A stretch of DNA of 64,000 nucleotides, taken from the NCBI RefSeq assembly GCF_009914755.1, contig NC_060937.1, one strand, 5' to 3'. The stretch's first letter is position 1. Each line of letters starts with the position of its first letter. The notes beneath the pieces were generated by a model that was not told the origin of the DNA, did not search any database, and worked only from the letters and a program-made list of their open reading frames with translations. This stretch comes from the human T2T-CHM13v2.0 reference genome, Homo sapiens. Both the position numbers and the translations under genes were made by a program. Shown piece by piece: positions 39,131 to 55,881 of this stretch.

Positions 39131-40806
39131 TTTGAAATTTAACTTACAAATGATAGCCAGTAAATTTTTTGCTGTGAAAGATGCTTCTAATATTTAACCT
39201 GAAAAATATATGGGCTTTGAAAGAAGATGGCAAAAGAAAGAAAAACAATATAAGAAAGATGGCAAACCAATTCAAGTATATACAGGTATGTGAAGTGAGT
39301 TCAGAATACTGGAACAGAGAAGAGAGTCTATGGGTATAGACCATTGAAAAAGTTCATATAGTTTTGTGGATACCAAAAGTTAACATAAAAAGATAGATAA
39401 GGGAATTATACACTTAACTAGGTAAGCTGACTCCACGTGATAATTTGGAGGGCTTCATTTTATGCTATTGCAAGAATTTTGTATTTTATTTTTGAGACAA
39501 ATAAGAAGGTATTAAAAGATCTTCATAAGGTGAGTAGCTGTTTCCTTACCAGCCCTGTTAAAGATCTGAAAGGTTCAAGACTGGTGGTAGAAAGACTAGT
39601 TAGAGTCCCCGAGCCACTTATAAATGCCTCCTGTCCTAAATGATGGGAGTTACTATTCTCTAATACTTTCACAAAACAGTTCAATTGAATTCCTCTAGAA
39701 GTGTAGAACTGGCTTTTAGCTCAATTTTTCTTCCCACTGAGTTGACAATGGAACTCTGCTTTTTTTTTTCTCCAGGAAGTTTCTGAGGTTCAGTTACAGA
39801 AGTATTTTTTGTACAGCATAAATATTTCCAAACTGTATTTCTTCCATTTTTCCCCTTAGTAAGCACCGCTTACAAATAGGTGGTGATAGAAAGACATGGA
39901 TATATTTGACATCTCTTTCTTATACTCTCAACGTGTTGTCAATATAATCACCACTGCATTTTTTATAGGGAAGCTATATTTTACTTATGACTACCCAGTG
40001 ATTAGATTGTCTACCATTCAAAGTGAGGTGCTTCCATAAGTCAGTTTACTATGGTTACTTACCTGAGCTGTCGGCTTTGCCCATACCTCCAAAGCTAAAA
40101 ATTGTATTTATATTGTGTTTCACATGTATTCACCTCCATCTTCCTTTTGCCATTTTAAGCTATGGAAATTTAACTTTCTCCTGTATATTTAGTTTTCTTT
40201 GATGAATCTTATTACAACGCATTTTTCCATGCACAATTCTTGAGTGACTCCTTTGTTAACTCTTCTCTATCAGAGCTTCTATAGTAACTTGAGAGCTGAA
40301 AGCAAAACTCAACTACATCCCAAGACTTTCATTGAAATTCTTTTAGATTATGAAAACTACATTAAAAGTTCTAGTAAATAAATAGTAGTAAAATGATGCA
40401 TTACATAGAAAAGACATAAAGGAAGAAAAAATGTTTCCACTTCTTAGAGAGGGCAATGTGGTATATTGAAAACAATGTATATATTGGCTTTGAATTACAT
40501 AGTCTTCTGTTGAGATCCTTTCCTTCTCATTGTCAGCTTCATTTTGGTTTTAATTCTTAAGGACTATGGAATCAATTTTCTTATTGGTAAAATTACATTC
40601 AGTACAGATAAGTATTAAATGGATAATATGTATCAGCATTTGGCAGATATGAACAGTCAATGTATTTACTTCTCTCTTGTTTTTGCTCTTCATTGTCATT
40701 CATGTCTTCCAAAAGATTTATATATATATATAACATATATATATATACATATATAAAGAATATATATATATATAAAAATATAAGCTTTTAAAAATCTCTG
40801 TGAAAC

Positions 40807-40930
40807 CAGCCATAGGGTTACATGCTTGTAATTCCAGCTACCTGGAAGGCTGAGGTAAGAAGATTGCTTGAGCCCAGGAGTTTGAGACTAGCCTGGGCAA
40901 CATAGCAAGAACTCATCTTAGAAAATAATA
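40807..40930 (+). mobile_element. Alu monomer (FLAM-like)
   Basis: TGTAATTCCAGCTAC...GAGCCCAGGAGTTTGAGACTAGCCTGGGCAACATAG. Confidence 0.8.
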
Positions 40931-41124
40931 ACTATAATAATAAATATCTGTCAAGATTGATAGCAAAGATATAAACTAAAATATATATCACCATTGTATT
41001 CATTTCATATATTTGATTTGTATTCATTTCAATCATACAACCATTTAACTGGGCTATTTGTAATACCAATAAAAATGCTGACAATTATAGATCATTTGTT
41101 TTACTATTTTTTAAAAAATTAAGT

Positions 41125-41220
41125 TTGTTTTTAAGAGACAGGGTCTCATTATGTTGTCCACTCTGGTTTTGAACTCCTCAAACCGTCTGCCTATGTTGAC
41201 CTCCCAAAGTGCTAGGATCA
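41125..41220 (-). mobile_element. Alu monomer fragment
   Basis: AGAGACAGGGTCTCA...CTCCCAAAGTGCTAGGAT. Confidence 0.7.
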
Positions 41221-43085
41221 CTTACTTTAGAATGAAAAATATCCTGCTTCCTTTTCTGAACTAACAGAGAGCTTTATAATTAGTAGGCAGTCTATATTTG
41301 TTAAATTGCTTGTAATGTTAGTTAATTTTTACAACCTCATACACTGTTATTTGTTTTCTAATGATTTTTATTTAATATTTCTCATTCTTGCTATATAAGG
41401 AAAAATAAAACAAAGAAAAAAATTAAAATCAAGTTCCCTGAGTCATAAACTCTGTCACTGGTGTCCAGTAATGCTTTAAGATCACAAGGATAATTTGTAT
41501 ATTCCTGGAAGGTATGAAACACTAATCTCAGGGCTAAATTATATTACTTAACATTTTACAAAAAATTTATAATTATTGATGTCGAATTTCTGTGGGGTCT
41601 ATAGATCTTTATGCTGCCATTTCATAAATGAATAACCTGAAGCTTCCTTCTATGACATTCCAAATCCCACACATAAGTCAGTGGAATGGAGCCAGAGGAA
41701 TGTTAGACAGTTTTGAAGTCCAGTCACAATGCATAGTGAAATATCTCCTCACTCAATCCATTAGCAACATTGCCTCAAATTTAATGAAGTAATCTCATGT
41801 AGAAAGTAAAACTTTTGTTAAAGTACTTCTTACGTATCTCCTTGTATTGAGTGGACAGGGTTTCCATTTGAAGTTCACTGTCTATAAGACAAATTGACCT
41901 TAATGAGAGCACCCTGAATAGTATTGCCAATGTAGAGGTCAAAAGTAACATTAAAGAAGAAAATAGCACTATAAGAATAGCTGAGAACTCAGAAGACTGT
42001 GCTCAGCACTAAATATACACAGCAGGAAGGGGTTGGAGGGAGGTGATATGTGTTCAATTGACCATCTATTTTATGGGGGAATAAATAATTTACTCAGGGT
42101 TATTTGAAGGGCAGTGAAGTATTGTGTCTTTCTTGCTGAGGTGGTTAATTATACTTTGGATTTATTCTCAAGGGAAAATGGGCTCCTATCTTTTGAAACT
42201 GTAATATAGAAATAATTGCTGCATGTGATTGCACCCTCTGTACATATTTATTGACTAAATGAATGAGAAAATGAAACAAAATTATGAATTAACTTGTAAA
42301 AACTAGTGCAATAGAAAAACACTATATGATCTCTGCCTGCCCTTTCAGACCAAAGCCAGAATAGAACAAAACAAAATAACATAAGGTTTCAATTCAGCCT
42401 ATCTGGGCTACTACAACATTATTTGTAACTTTCACATATTTGCAAACATTATAAAATCAACTTTATAATGAAATTTAACTGACGAATTTGATTAAGCAGT
42501 ACATTTGGAGAATGTTCAATTTAACCACGTTAATTTTAAAACATTGCTTAGCAAAATAAATAAATTTTATAAAGTCAAAATAAAATATTTAAGTAGGCAC
42601 AGTTCTGGAAAAAAGCTAATATATGAAGAATAAAAATTAAGCTTTCTACCCATTTAGCAATTCCATATCAATTACCTTATTTAGCCATCTCTGCAATGCT
42701 AGAATATATTATTACTCATTTTTGCAAAGGAGGAGGTGCAGCTTGGAGTGTTGATGTGGCTCTCCCAATAACATGTAGCTTCCTGTTCCACATTTCACAG
42801 TCTTCAAGTCAACCGCACTAGGTATATTTTGATCTCTCAAAAATGTCACAGTCTCTTTTGTTGTAGATTTTGAACAGCTGATTCCTTATTCTAGAACTAT
42901 CATTTACTTCTCTCCTCATCCCTTTCACTTGACTAAGTTCTCCTTTAGCCAACAGTTATATTTTTAAATCTCAGTCTATGCTAGAAACTGTAATTCTCTT
43001 TCATCCTTCAAGTTTCAGTTTAGTACTTCTTAAATTGGAAAGCATTCCCTAATTCTACAAATATAGGATTGGAGCCTTTTTGTAC

Positions 43086-43275
43086 TAGAGATTGGCAAAC
43101 TATGGACCAACCTGCTGCCAAGTCCAGCCTGCTGCCTGTTTTTGTACAACCTCTGAGCTAAAAATGTTTTTCTCATTTTTAAATGGTTCGAAAAAATTGT
43201 GCAGTATGAAAATTATATCAAATTCAAAATTGACTTTCCATAAGTATTTACTGGGACACAATTATACCCATATAA
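43086..43275 (+). mobile_element. MER58-like hAT-Charlie remnant
   Basis: TTGGCAAACTATGG...CAGCCTGCTGCCTGTTTTTGTA...GAGCTAAAAATG. Confidence 0.7.
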
Positions 43276-44329
43276 TAAACACTGGAATCTTCATAAATGT
43301 GCATACATAGGTATCAAGGGCATGTCTGAGTTCTCTCTGAGACCAGCTGCATCAGATTCACCATCATGAAGCAACCAAATAGAGCCCGAAAAATTTCAGC
43401 AGCTTGAAAGACTCAAATCAAGAAAGATCATCATCGTATCATTATAAATGAGGTAGATAAAAAGCATTTTTAAAAAATGCTTTTGTGACAATAAAGTTGG
43501 GCAATTATTAGACAGGTTTCTAAACAAAAATAAGATAAATGAATAATATTCAAACTAGTAGAAGATGAAGGGGACTCTGGGGAGAAAGAAAGAATGTGTG
43601 TGGATGTGTTATCATAAATATACTATTTACTTTTTATCTAGCAACTTAGTGATTATACCAATAGTGGAATATATGACTAATAAAAAGTTATTCTTCTGTA
43701 TAAGTTTTTTAATTTTTTCTTAAGTTTTGCTATTTTAGATTAATATTTCTCTTAATTTTTTATGATCTTGAATTGTTATTTATTCTAAAACACATGAGTA
43801 AAAATGCACAATTTTAAAAAGATTAAGGAACACCTTAAATTTTGAAATGTTAACTCATTAAAATATTACTATTTTTACATTATTGATTGAAATAAATTAT
43901 TTTAATTTTCTGGTTCCCTTTAATTAATAGTCACTTTTATACTGTAGAGATTTCATTTTTGATATCTTTTCTATAGAAAATGTAATCTTGGAGAGCAGTG
44001 AATCCTGATTTAAGTCTGCAACTAGCAGCAGAATGTTAACTACTTCAGTTTCCAATATCTAGTGGCTAATGTGTAATCCCTGATTATATCTCTAGGTTTT
44101 TAATATTCCTCACTCCAAAAGACCTTGATCATACTAATTTCCAAGTTCTGCTTACAGGGTTAGATTTCTTATTTTAATTTAATGTTCTAGAGCTCATCTA
44201 TAATTCAGAATAATGCATGATTGAATAAATAAATAAACCTGAATAACTTATTGCCATATTATGAAGAAAGGCAGAAATCAAAGTATATTCAACAGGTCCA
44301 ATTATATTGTTAAGTATAGCAGCCTATTG

Positions 44330-44636
<307 letters not shown>

Positions 44637-45752
44637 GAAGCCTATTGTTATATACAAGTCTATAAAACTGAACTGTTTTAAGGCTTAAATTAGGCCAAAT
44701 TCCATGCATTTTTGAACAATTTTAATGTTTCAAATTTTTATCTTATTAGGAATATTTGGAAAAGAGGAAGAAGAAATGTGTCCTCAGTTGAAATACAGGC
44801 CATGGGCTAGTAACCACATTTTTAGTATTTGTTGAATGCACTATGTCTTCTTTTCAAAATATTTTCGTGATGGTTTATACTGAGAACGTATAATCTGTTT
44901 TGAACTGAATAGATGTTGATTGGCATGCCTAGCAAGATGAGAAAAATCACTCTCATTGTTCCTGGCCCTAGTAGAATATATTGGTCTATTTAGATCGGTT
45001 TCTCTTAGTATTAGGACATTTTCTTACCCTTAGGACATGTCTATTACTGTTAAAACATAAGATTTCTGGAGTCACAACTGGATGCTTGAAGTCCTCAGTG
45101 ATGCGTTTCCATTCTGGTTAGGCAGAAGTCCAAGGGATGAATAACCACTGGTATCTCCAATTTGCCTTAAGCTCCACAGTGGTTACACTCTTCAAGACCT
45201 TCAACTTATCATTCACATGATCAGACCAATGCTTGTTCAACGACTAAGAGGAAGCCCTCATGAAAACTTTTGGGGCCAAACTTGGGACAGTTTTCTAGTT
45301 TCTAGTAATATTCTCTACAAATTTCAGCTTCTTCTGCAAACTGAACTCCAATCTTTGTATCCCCATCTCAGAAAAACAACTACTCTCTTTCTCTGATATA
45401 CATCTTCTGGGTAGAGTTTAAAAAGTGCATTAATGTTCAAAACCCGACTGAAAGTAGGGCTCGCTTTATTTCTATCAAGCTTCACAGTTTTGCACTACCT
45501 GTTTTCCTATGCCTAAAAATATTTGCTCACATGTTATATCCAATTCTGTAGTTGTTTACCGGTTACAGTAAGTCCAGTGTGAATAAAGCCAAAAGGGTCG
45601 GAAACTTTTGCATTTCCCTTTAATTCTATTTTTCTAAAATTAATTTAATAATTTATATTCTAATGACAAATCAATGGCTAAAAGGAAACACTATTCAGTG
45701 TTTGTTACTCTAACATTTGCTTTTTTTGGATGATAATTATTTACAATGATAT

Positions 45753-47121
<1,369 letters not shown>

Positions 47122-49282
47122 GAAATACACGGGAAATCCCCCACTCACAAGAACCTATTTTTACCCCCATTGCCAATTTCTCTCAATGTTTTATATTATT
47201 TCATAAAAACTGAAATATTCATCGACACTATTTTCAGAATTGCTCTTTTTTCAGTAGTATTCTCTACAAATTTCAGCTTCTGCAAACTGACAACTAATGA
47301 CTTAAATGCAGCTACAGATAACCACTTCAATTTTAGGAGTACATGTCTTAGACTGCATTTCACTCTTTCTTGCCCAATGTCCCTTTTTTGCGGATTCTTT
47401 GTTATGAACCAAGTGAAGAAAGATGGCATACTGGTAGTTTGAAGAGTTCTTTGCCAGCTTATAAAGATTTCAACACCTTAACCCTCATGAAGTTTGTGTG
47501 ACTTTTCAGGATTTAGCATACAATAAAATCAAAACATTCATAGTGATATCCAATGGTAATAAAATCTTATTCTCTCTTTCTTTCCTTCCTTCTCTCACTC
47601 TTTCTCTCTCCATACCCTCCTCCTTTGCCTCCTTTTCTCTTTCACATATACTCACACACAATATAGCTATTAATAAGCAATTGTAGGATCATTCATATCT
47701 TGAACAATGAGATATGACTGCATTATTTTTAGTTAGAGTTCATTTTAAATATAAAATACTAGCAAATATAATCAGGTAATCACATAGCATAAACATGGCT
47801 TTATATACCTTGGAAATATTGGTTCTTTCTAATGTAAATGTATGATATATGCAACCAGGTTTCTTTAATGACAATGTCAATTGTTCACATTCTACAACTT
47901 TTCACATATAATTGTTTTCTCTAGTGATACCTTCATTAACAAGTAATTAAAACGATTTACATGCACTGTGTTGATAAACACTGAATTTGTGATTCTTGAA
48001 TCATTTGGAAGATGGGAAATACGCATTATGCCGATAGGTAAAATCAAAATAATTAAGGCTAAAATGAATCATGTCAAACAGCAATTTCATGTTAACATGT
48101 TTTATTGATTCACCAACTTAATCCAATTACTGTGTAAACCATTCACAATGAAGTAATTTAATAGTTTATACACATTTAAAAACATGATATTTAAGTATTC
48201 TGTGTATCTGCAAAACGAATTATTAGACTATAATTAATCGAAATAGCACCACATAATTTTGCATTCCAATCACGAAGATGTTTCTGTATTGTTTTCCAAA
48301 TAAACTTCAGATGTAATTGAATAAAACATCATATTCATTATCAATCTGAAGGAGCCCACAAATCAGTTTTTTTTCCCCAAAACTTGTGCCCATGTTTGTT
48401 GACTACGTTTTTCCTGTAACAAAATAAAGATAAGAGAAATAGATTCATTATGTTAACACGGGGGGCCTGGAGATAAATACATTTCTAGGACATTTTAGGA
48501 GTGATTTTGTTTTCTGAACCAGCAAAAATCCCAGTGATTTCCTAAGAAAAAACGATTACTATTTTTGATTATGTTTTTCCCTTAAAGCCAATTATTCTCT
48601 TTTGTTTCTTATTTTATTTCAACTTGTTTATAATAGATATGGATTTAAATTACATATTTAAAAATAACAGCTACATTTTGACGGATAAGACTATAAAAAA
48701 CTATAACACACTAAATGTATTAAAAACAAAATTTATAAAGGCATCTTTTAATAGCACAAGATTGCTGTTTTGTAAGACAAAACACATGCTGATAAAAAGA
48801 TTAGCTCATATCCATTTGTCTGGTACAGTGATACTATACAAATCCTGGTGTTCCAAAAAATATTTGCTGAAGAGTTTTTTTAATGGAATATAAAAACATA
48901 TTCGATAGAAGAATTCATTTCTCTAATTTGGCCATCTCCAATTTGGAAAATATAAAAAAAAATTAACAAATGGTAATATATGTTGAAGAATACAGCGAGA
49001 AAAGAGAGGAGGAGGAGAGGGTGAGAAGAACAAGAAGATAAGTAATTAGGGTGACTTTATAATCTTGGACTAAAAAAACAAACAGAAGACTGAATAGATT
49101 CTCATAAGTTTCTTGCAGAAGTTGCCAGAGTGTAAAGCATTCAACATGTTTTGAGATATTAAAAGGAAGAAAGTGTATGCAATCATTTTCATATAAATTT
49201 TTTCATTAAAATTATTACCACCTGGAGAAGTGTTCCTTGAAACACAAATGGAGGAAATGTGCTTAAGTTTTAAAAAGTGTGA

Positions 49283-49648
<366 letters not shown>

Positions 49649-49745
49649 TTAAAAATAAGTAAATATTCTGGTATCTATAAAAAAGGCATTGTCCAAAATT
49701 GAATATAGAAATAGTGTTTAATATATAGATTACACAAGTTCTATT

Positions 49746-52700
49746 TTATATATATATATATACTTTAAGTTCTGAGATACATGTGCAGAACGTACAGGTT
49801 TGTTACATTGGTATATATGTGCCATGGTGGTTTGCTGCAGCCATCAACCCGTCATCTACATTAGGTATTTCTCCTAATGCTATTCCTCCTCTTGCCCACC
49901 ATCCCCCGACAGGCCCCAGTGTGTGATGTTCCCCTCCCTGTGTCCATGTGTTCTCATAGTTCAACTCCCACTTATGAGTGAGAACATGCAGTGTTTGGTT
50001 TTCTGTTCCTGTGTTAGTTTACTGAAAATGGTTTCCAGCTTCATCCATGTTCCTGAAATGGACATGAACCCATTCTTTTTTATGGCCACATAGTATTCCA
50101 TGGTGTATATGTGCCACATTTTCTTTATCCAGTCTAACATTGATGGGCATTTGGGTTGGTTCCAAGTCTATGCTATTATGAATAGTGCTGCAATAAACAT
50201 ACGTGTGCATGTGTCTTTATAGTAGAATAATTTATAATCTTTGAGTACATACCCAGTAATGGGATTGCTGGGTCAAATTGTATTTCTAGTTCTAGATCCT
50301 TGAAGAATTGCCACACTGTCTGCCACTATGGTTGAACTAATTTACACTCCCACCAACAGTGTAAAAGCATTCACGTTTCTCTACATCCTCTCCAGCATCG
50401 GTTGTTCCCTGACTTTTTAATGATCGCCATTTTAACTGGCGTGAGATGGTATCTCATTGTGGTTTTGATTTGCATTTCTCTAATGACCAATGATGATGAG
50501 CTTTTTTCCATCTTTGTTAGCTGCATAAATGTCTTCTTCTGAGAAGTATCTCTTCATATCCTTAGCCCACTTTTTAATGGATTGTTTATTTTTTGCTTGT
50601 ACATTTGCTTAAGTTCTTTGTACATTCTGGATGTTAGCCCTTTATCAGATGGATAGATTGCAAAAATGTTCTCCCATTCTGTAGGTTGCCTGTTTACTCT
50701 GATTGTGGTTTCTTTTGCTGTGCAGAAGTTCTTTAGTTTAATTAGATCCCATTTGTCTATTTTGGCTTTTGTTGCCATTGCTTTTGGTGTTTTACTCATG
50801 AAGTCTTTGCCCATGCCTATGTCTTGAATGGTATTGCCTAGGTTTTCTTCTAGGGTTTTTATGCTTTTAGGTCTTAACATTTAAATCCTTACTCCATCTT
50901 GAGTTAATTTTTGTATAAGGTGTATGGAAGGGATTCCAGTTTCAGTTTTCTGCATATGGCTAGCCAGTTTTCCCAACCATTTATTAAATAGGGACTCCTT
51001 TTCCCATTGCTTTTTGTAAGGTTTGTCAAAGATCAGATGGATGTAGATGTGTGGTGTTATTTCTGAGGCCTCTGTTCTGTTCCATTGGTCTATATATCTG
51101 TTTTGGTACTGGTACAATTACCATGCTGTTTTTGGTTACTGTAGCCTTGTGGTATACTTTGAAGTCAGGTCGCATGATAACTCCAGCTTTGTTCTTTTTG
51201 CTTAAGATTGTCTTGGCTGTACAGGCTCATTTTTGGTTCCATATGAAATTTAATGCAGTTTTTTCTAATTCTGTGAAGAAAGTCAATGGTAGCTTGATGG
51301 AAATAGCATTGAGTCTATAAATTACTTTGGGCGACATGGCCATTTTCAAGATATTGATTCTTCCTATCCATGAGCATGGAATGTTTTTCCATTTGTTTTG
51401 TCTTTTCTTATTTTCTTGAGTAGTGGTTTTTAGTTCTCCTTGAAAAGGTCCTTTACATCCCCTGTAAATTGTATTCCTAGGTATTTTATTCTCTTTGTAG
51501 CAATTGTGAATGGGAGTTTGCTTATGATTTGGCTCTCTGTTTGTCTCTTATTGGTGTATAGAAATGCTTGTGATTTATCAACATTGATGTTGCATCCTGA
51601 GACTTTGTTGAAGTTGCTTAGCAGCTTAAGGAGATTTTGGGCTGAGACGATGGGGCTTTCTAAATATATAATCATGTCATCTGCAAACAGAGATAATTTG
51701 ACTTCCTCTCTTCCTATTTGAATACCATTTATTTCTTTCTCTTGCCTGATTGCCCTGGCCCAAATTTCCAATACTCTGTTGAATAGGAGTAGTGAGAGAG
51801 GGCATCCTTGTCTTGTGCCAGTTTTCAAAGGGAATGCTTCCAGCTTTTGCCCATTCAGTATGATATTGGCTGTGAGTTTGTCATAAATAGCTCTTATTAT
51901 TTTGAGATTTGTTCCATCAATACCTAGTTTATTGAGTGTTTTTAGCTTGAAGGTGTGTTGAATTTTATCAAAGGCCTTTTCTGCAGCTATTGAGATAATC
52001 ATGTGGTTTTTGTCATTGGTTCTGTTTATGTGATGGATTAAATTTATTGATTTGTGTATGTTGAGCCAGTCTTGCATCCCAGGGATGAAGCCTACATGAT
52101 CGTGGTGGATAACTTTTTAATGTGCTGTTGGATTCAATTTGCCAGTATTTTATTGAGGATTTTTGCATTGATGTTCATAAGGGATATTGGCCTGAAATTT
52201 TTGTTGTTGTTGTTATTGTGTCTCCACCAGGTTTTGTCATCAGGATGGTACTGGCCTCATAAAATGAGTTATGGTGGACTCCCTCTTTTTCTATTGTTTG
52301 GAATAGTTTCAGAAGGAATGGTACCAGCTCCTCTTTGTACCTCTGGTAGAATTTTGCTGTACATCTGTCTGGGCCTGGGCTTTGTTTGCTTGATAGGCTA
52401 TTAATTACTGCCTCAATTTCAGAACTTGTTATCGGTCTGTTCAGGATTAGATTTCTTCTTGGTTTAGTATTGGGGGGGTGTAAGTGTCCAGGAATTTGTC
52501 CATTTCTTCTAGATTTTCAAGTTTAGTTGAGTAGAGATGTTTATAGTATTCTCTGATGGTAGTCTGTATTTCTGCGGGATCAGTGGTGAACTCCCCTTTA
52601 TCATTTTTTACTGTGTCTATTTGATTCATCTCTTTTTTCTTCTTTATTAGTCTGGTAAGTGGTCTATCTATTTTGTTAATTTTTTCAAAAAACCAGTTCC

Positions 52701-53988
52701 TGGATTCATTGATTTTTTGAAGGGTTTTTTGTGTCTCCATCTCCTTCAGTTCTGCTCTGATCTTAGTATCCTGTCTTCTGCTAGCTTTTAAATTTCTTTG
52801 CTCTTGTTTCTCTAGTTCTTTTCCTTGTGATTTTAGGGTGTCAATTTTAGATGTTTCTCGCTTTCTCCTGTGGGCATTTAGTGCTATAAATTTTCCTCTA
52901 AACACTGCTTTAGCTGTGTCCCAGAGATTCTGGTATGTTGTGTCTTTGTTCTCATTGGTTTCAGAGAACTTACTTATTTCTGCCTTAATTTTGTAATTTA
53001 TGGAGTAGTCATTCAGGAGCAGGTTGTCCAGTTTCCATTCAGTTGCATGGTTTTGAGTGGGTTTCTTAATCCTGAGTTCTAATTTGATTGCACTATGGGC
53101 TGAGAACTGTTTGTTATGATTTCTGTTCTTTTGCATTTGCTGAGGAGTGTTTTACTTCCAATTATATGGTTGATTTTAGAATAAGTGCTATGTGGTGCTG
53201 AGAAGAATCTACATTCTTTTGATTTGTGGTGGGGAGTTCTGTAGATGTCTACTAGGTCGGCTTGGTCCAGAGCTAAGTTCAACACCTGAATATCCTTGTT
53301 AATTTTCTGTCTCATTGATCTAATAGTGACAATGGGGTGTTAATATCTCCCACTATTATTGTGTGGGTGTCTAAGTCTCTTTGTAGGTCTCTAGGAACTT
53401 GCTTTATGGATCTGGGTGCTTCTGTATTGGGTGCATATACATAGCTCTGTGGGTGTGTGATCCACTGAGCTAGACCACTTGGCTCTGGCTTCAGCCCTCT
53501 TTCCAGGGGAGTGAATGGTTCTGTTTTGCTAGCATTGCAGGTGCCACTGGGGTACAAAAATAGAAAATAAAAATAAATTTAAAAAACTCCTAGCTGGGTG
53601 TCTGCCCAAATGGCCCCCAAGTTTTGTATTTGAAACTCAGGGCTCTTGTGGTGTAGGCACCCTAAGGAACCTCCTGGTCTGTGGGTTGTGAAGACCGTGG
53701 GAAAAGTGTAGTATCTGGGCTGGAGTGCACCATTCCTCATGGCACAGTTCTCTTGGCTTTCCTTGGCTAGAGGAGGGAGTTCCTTGACCCTTTGTGCTTC
53801 CTGGGTGAGGCAGCGCACCATCCTGCTTCTGCTCACCCTCTGTGGGCTGTACACACTGTCTAACCAATCCCAGTGAAATGAGCCAGGTACCTCAGTTGGA
53901 AATGCAGAAATCACCTACCTTCTGCATTGGTCTCCCTGGGAACTACAGACTGGAGCTGTTCCTATTCCACCATCTTGCTTGGGAGTCC
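49746..53988 (-). mobile_element. L1PA (about L1PA7-like) with both ends but lacking ORF1 and the start of ORF2
   Basis: 5' end GCAAGATGGTGGAATAGGAACAGCTCC; ORF2 pieces ([15 protein letters not shown]); L1PA 3' UTR; candidate TSD CACAAGTTCTATT / CACAAATTCTTATT. Confidence 0.93.
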
Positions 53989-55881
53989 CACAAATTCTTA
54001 TTAATAGAAATATTTAAAATATGCTATAAGATAATGTTAGAAAATATCAAACTGATTAAATATTTGATTTTTTAAAAATTATTTCAAGGAAGCTTTTTTC
54101 AGTGACAAAATGGTTGTAAAACAATGTGACTGAAGGAAGTATTCATAAAAAAAGTTAAAATTGACACATAGTCTTCTTGTCATTAGCAGTCCGAGACCAA
54201 ATACATTACGAGTGACTTCATGAGGGCAAATGTACCCAGAAATCTCTAGTGTATTTTCCTTTGTTTTTCTTTAAAATGATTACATGAAAAAAGCAATTTG
54301 TTTACATTCTGGTGTGTCTGAAAGCCCTTTTTTTCCATTGAAACACACACAATCTGTCTCACACAAATAAAGCTGTTTCACATAACTGAATAAATTGAAG
54401 AAACCAAAATCCATGATTCTCCTGTCTGCTTGAAGCCTCTCCAAGCTACTGAATTAAAATAATGTCTTACAGTCCCTTTGAAGGTCAGCTATACTTAAAG
54501 TATTTGAATTCCTTGAAATTTCTCTGACCTTTACACTAAATTCCTCTTTGATTTGCCTGAGTTGAGAGTAACCACTTTTTTCTCCAAATACCTGAAGAAG
54601 ATATGGAGATATAGTTAGGAGCTAAATTAAATGTTTGTCATAAGAAAAACAAAAATACTAGTTAAATTTATTAAATGTAGTGAAATGATCATTTCCCCTG
54701 GAAACACCAGTTTGTTAATGTTAACAATATTAAAATGAAATAGAACTAGTCTAAATTAATCAAGACAAAGAAAATAGAAAAACAGTTCATATTTTCCCAT
54801 AGAATTGAAGCTTTTCAAGAAAAAAAGCATAAATGGAGTGGAAGGTAACTAGTTTAGTAGAAAGAAAACATAGACTACATTAGAAGATGGTGATGGAAAA
54901 AATTGACCTCTCCCTTGGACCTCTTGATTCTTTAAGAGGTTTAGGACAAAACTCCGGGAAACTGATTGAAAGTTGCACGAAGCATTTGTGTCTCCAAGTT
55001 TCTTTGTTCATCCAGCAGAACCAAGTCACTACTTCCCTAAGAGATTAAAACTTACTTATTCTCAGAAGAAATTTACCTGAGATGTTTCAGATTTGGAGAC
55101 AACAAAGGCACACAGAAATGGCACTCTTGAGGCAGCAGGGAGCTAAAGCATGGGATTCTGTGACTGTCTAACCCCCGGGGCATCTGGGTTGCTTCCCTCT
55201 TGCCTCCTAGTAGAACTTGACAAACACCCTCAGCCCAGATATGAATAAAAATATAATAATGTTGAGGATAACAGTGTGTATGAAAACAATGTTTTGGGGA
55301 TTGGTGTGTGAATTTCCAAAGTGGAAAACTTGAACATTTTATTGTAGATGGCAATCTCAAAATAACAAAAGAAGGACTAGTAAATAAATTGACATGCAAA
55401 GTATTTGACACTGTTGCAAAGAAAAATGGAATAAAAAATAACTTCATTTCTTATAAGAAAAAATGTAATACTGTTTAAAAAACATCAAATTGACGGGTAT
55501 ATTTGTTCACTCTCCTCAAAATGTGACTACACGCGTTTGAAAATAACCCCTTTGCCTTTCCATACTCACTTACATTTTAGATGTAGTGAATTGTGTAATG
55601 ATGATAAAGCCAATTCATTTATTCAATGACAATGGAGGTTGCAGAGATAATAGGGTTTGATAAAGATTTTTAGATGGTTTTCTAATCAAAATGAAAAATG
55701 CCAGAAGTCATAGGTTATCTCTAGACATTAATGAATAATCAATTATAATTTTTAAAAAGTGGTCTGATTCATCTGCCAGTTCACAGGGTAACAGCAATTT
55801 TTAAAAAATGTTGATTCACATTGTTTCAATGTGAAGCAGGGGAGCAATTCACTGACTAGTGTAAAAATTAGTATTTAGTGT

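Noticed and set aside
50554-53315. Long ORFs with reverse-transcriptase motifs
   Set aside because: Frameshifted fragments of L1 ORF2; the element is not retrotransposition-competent
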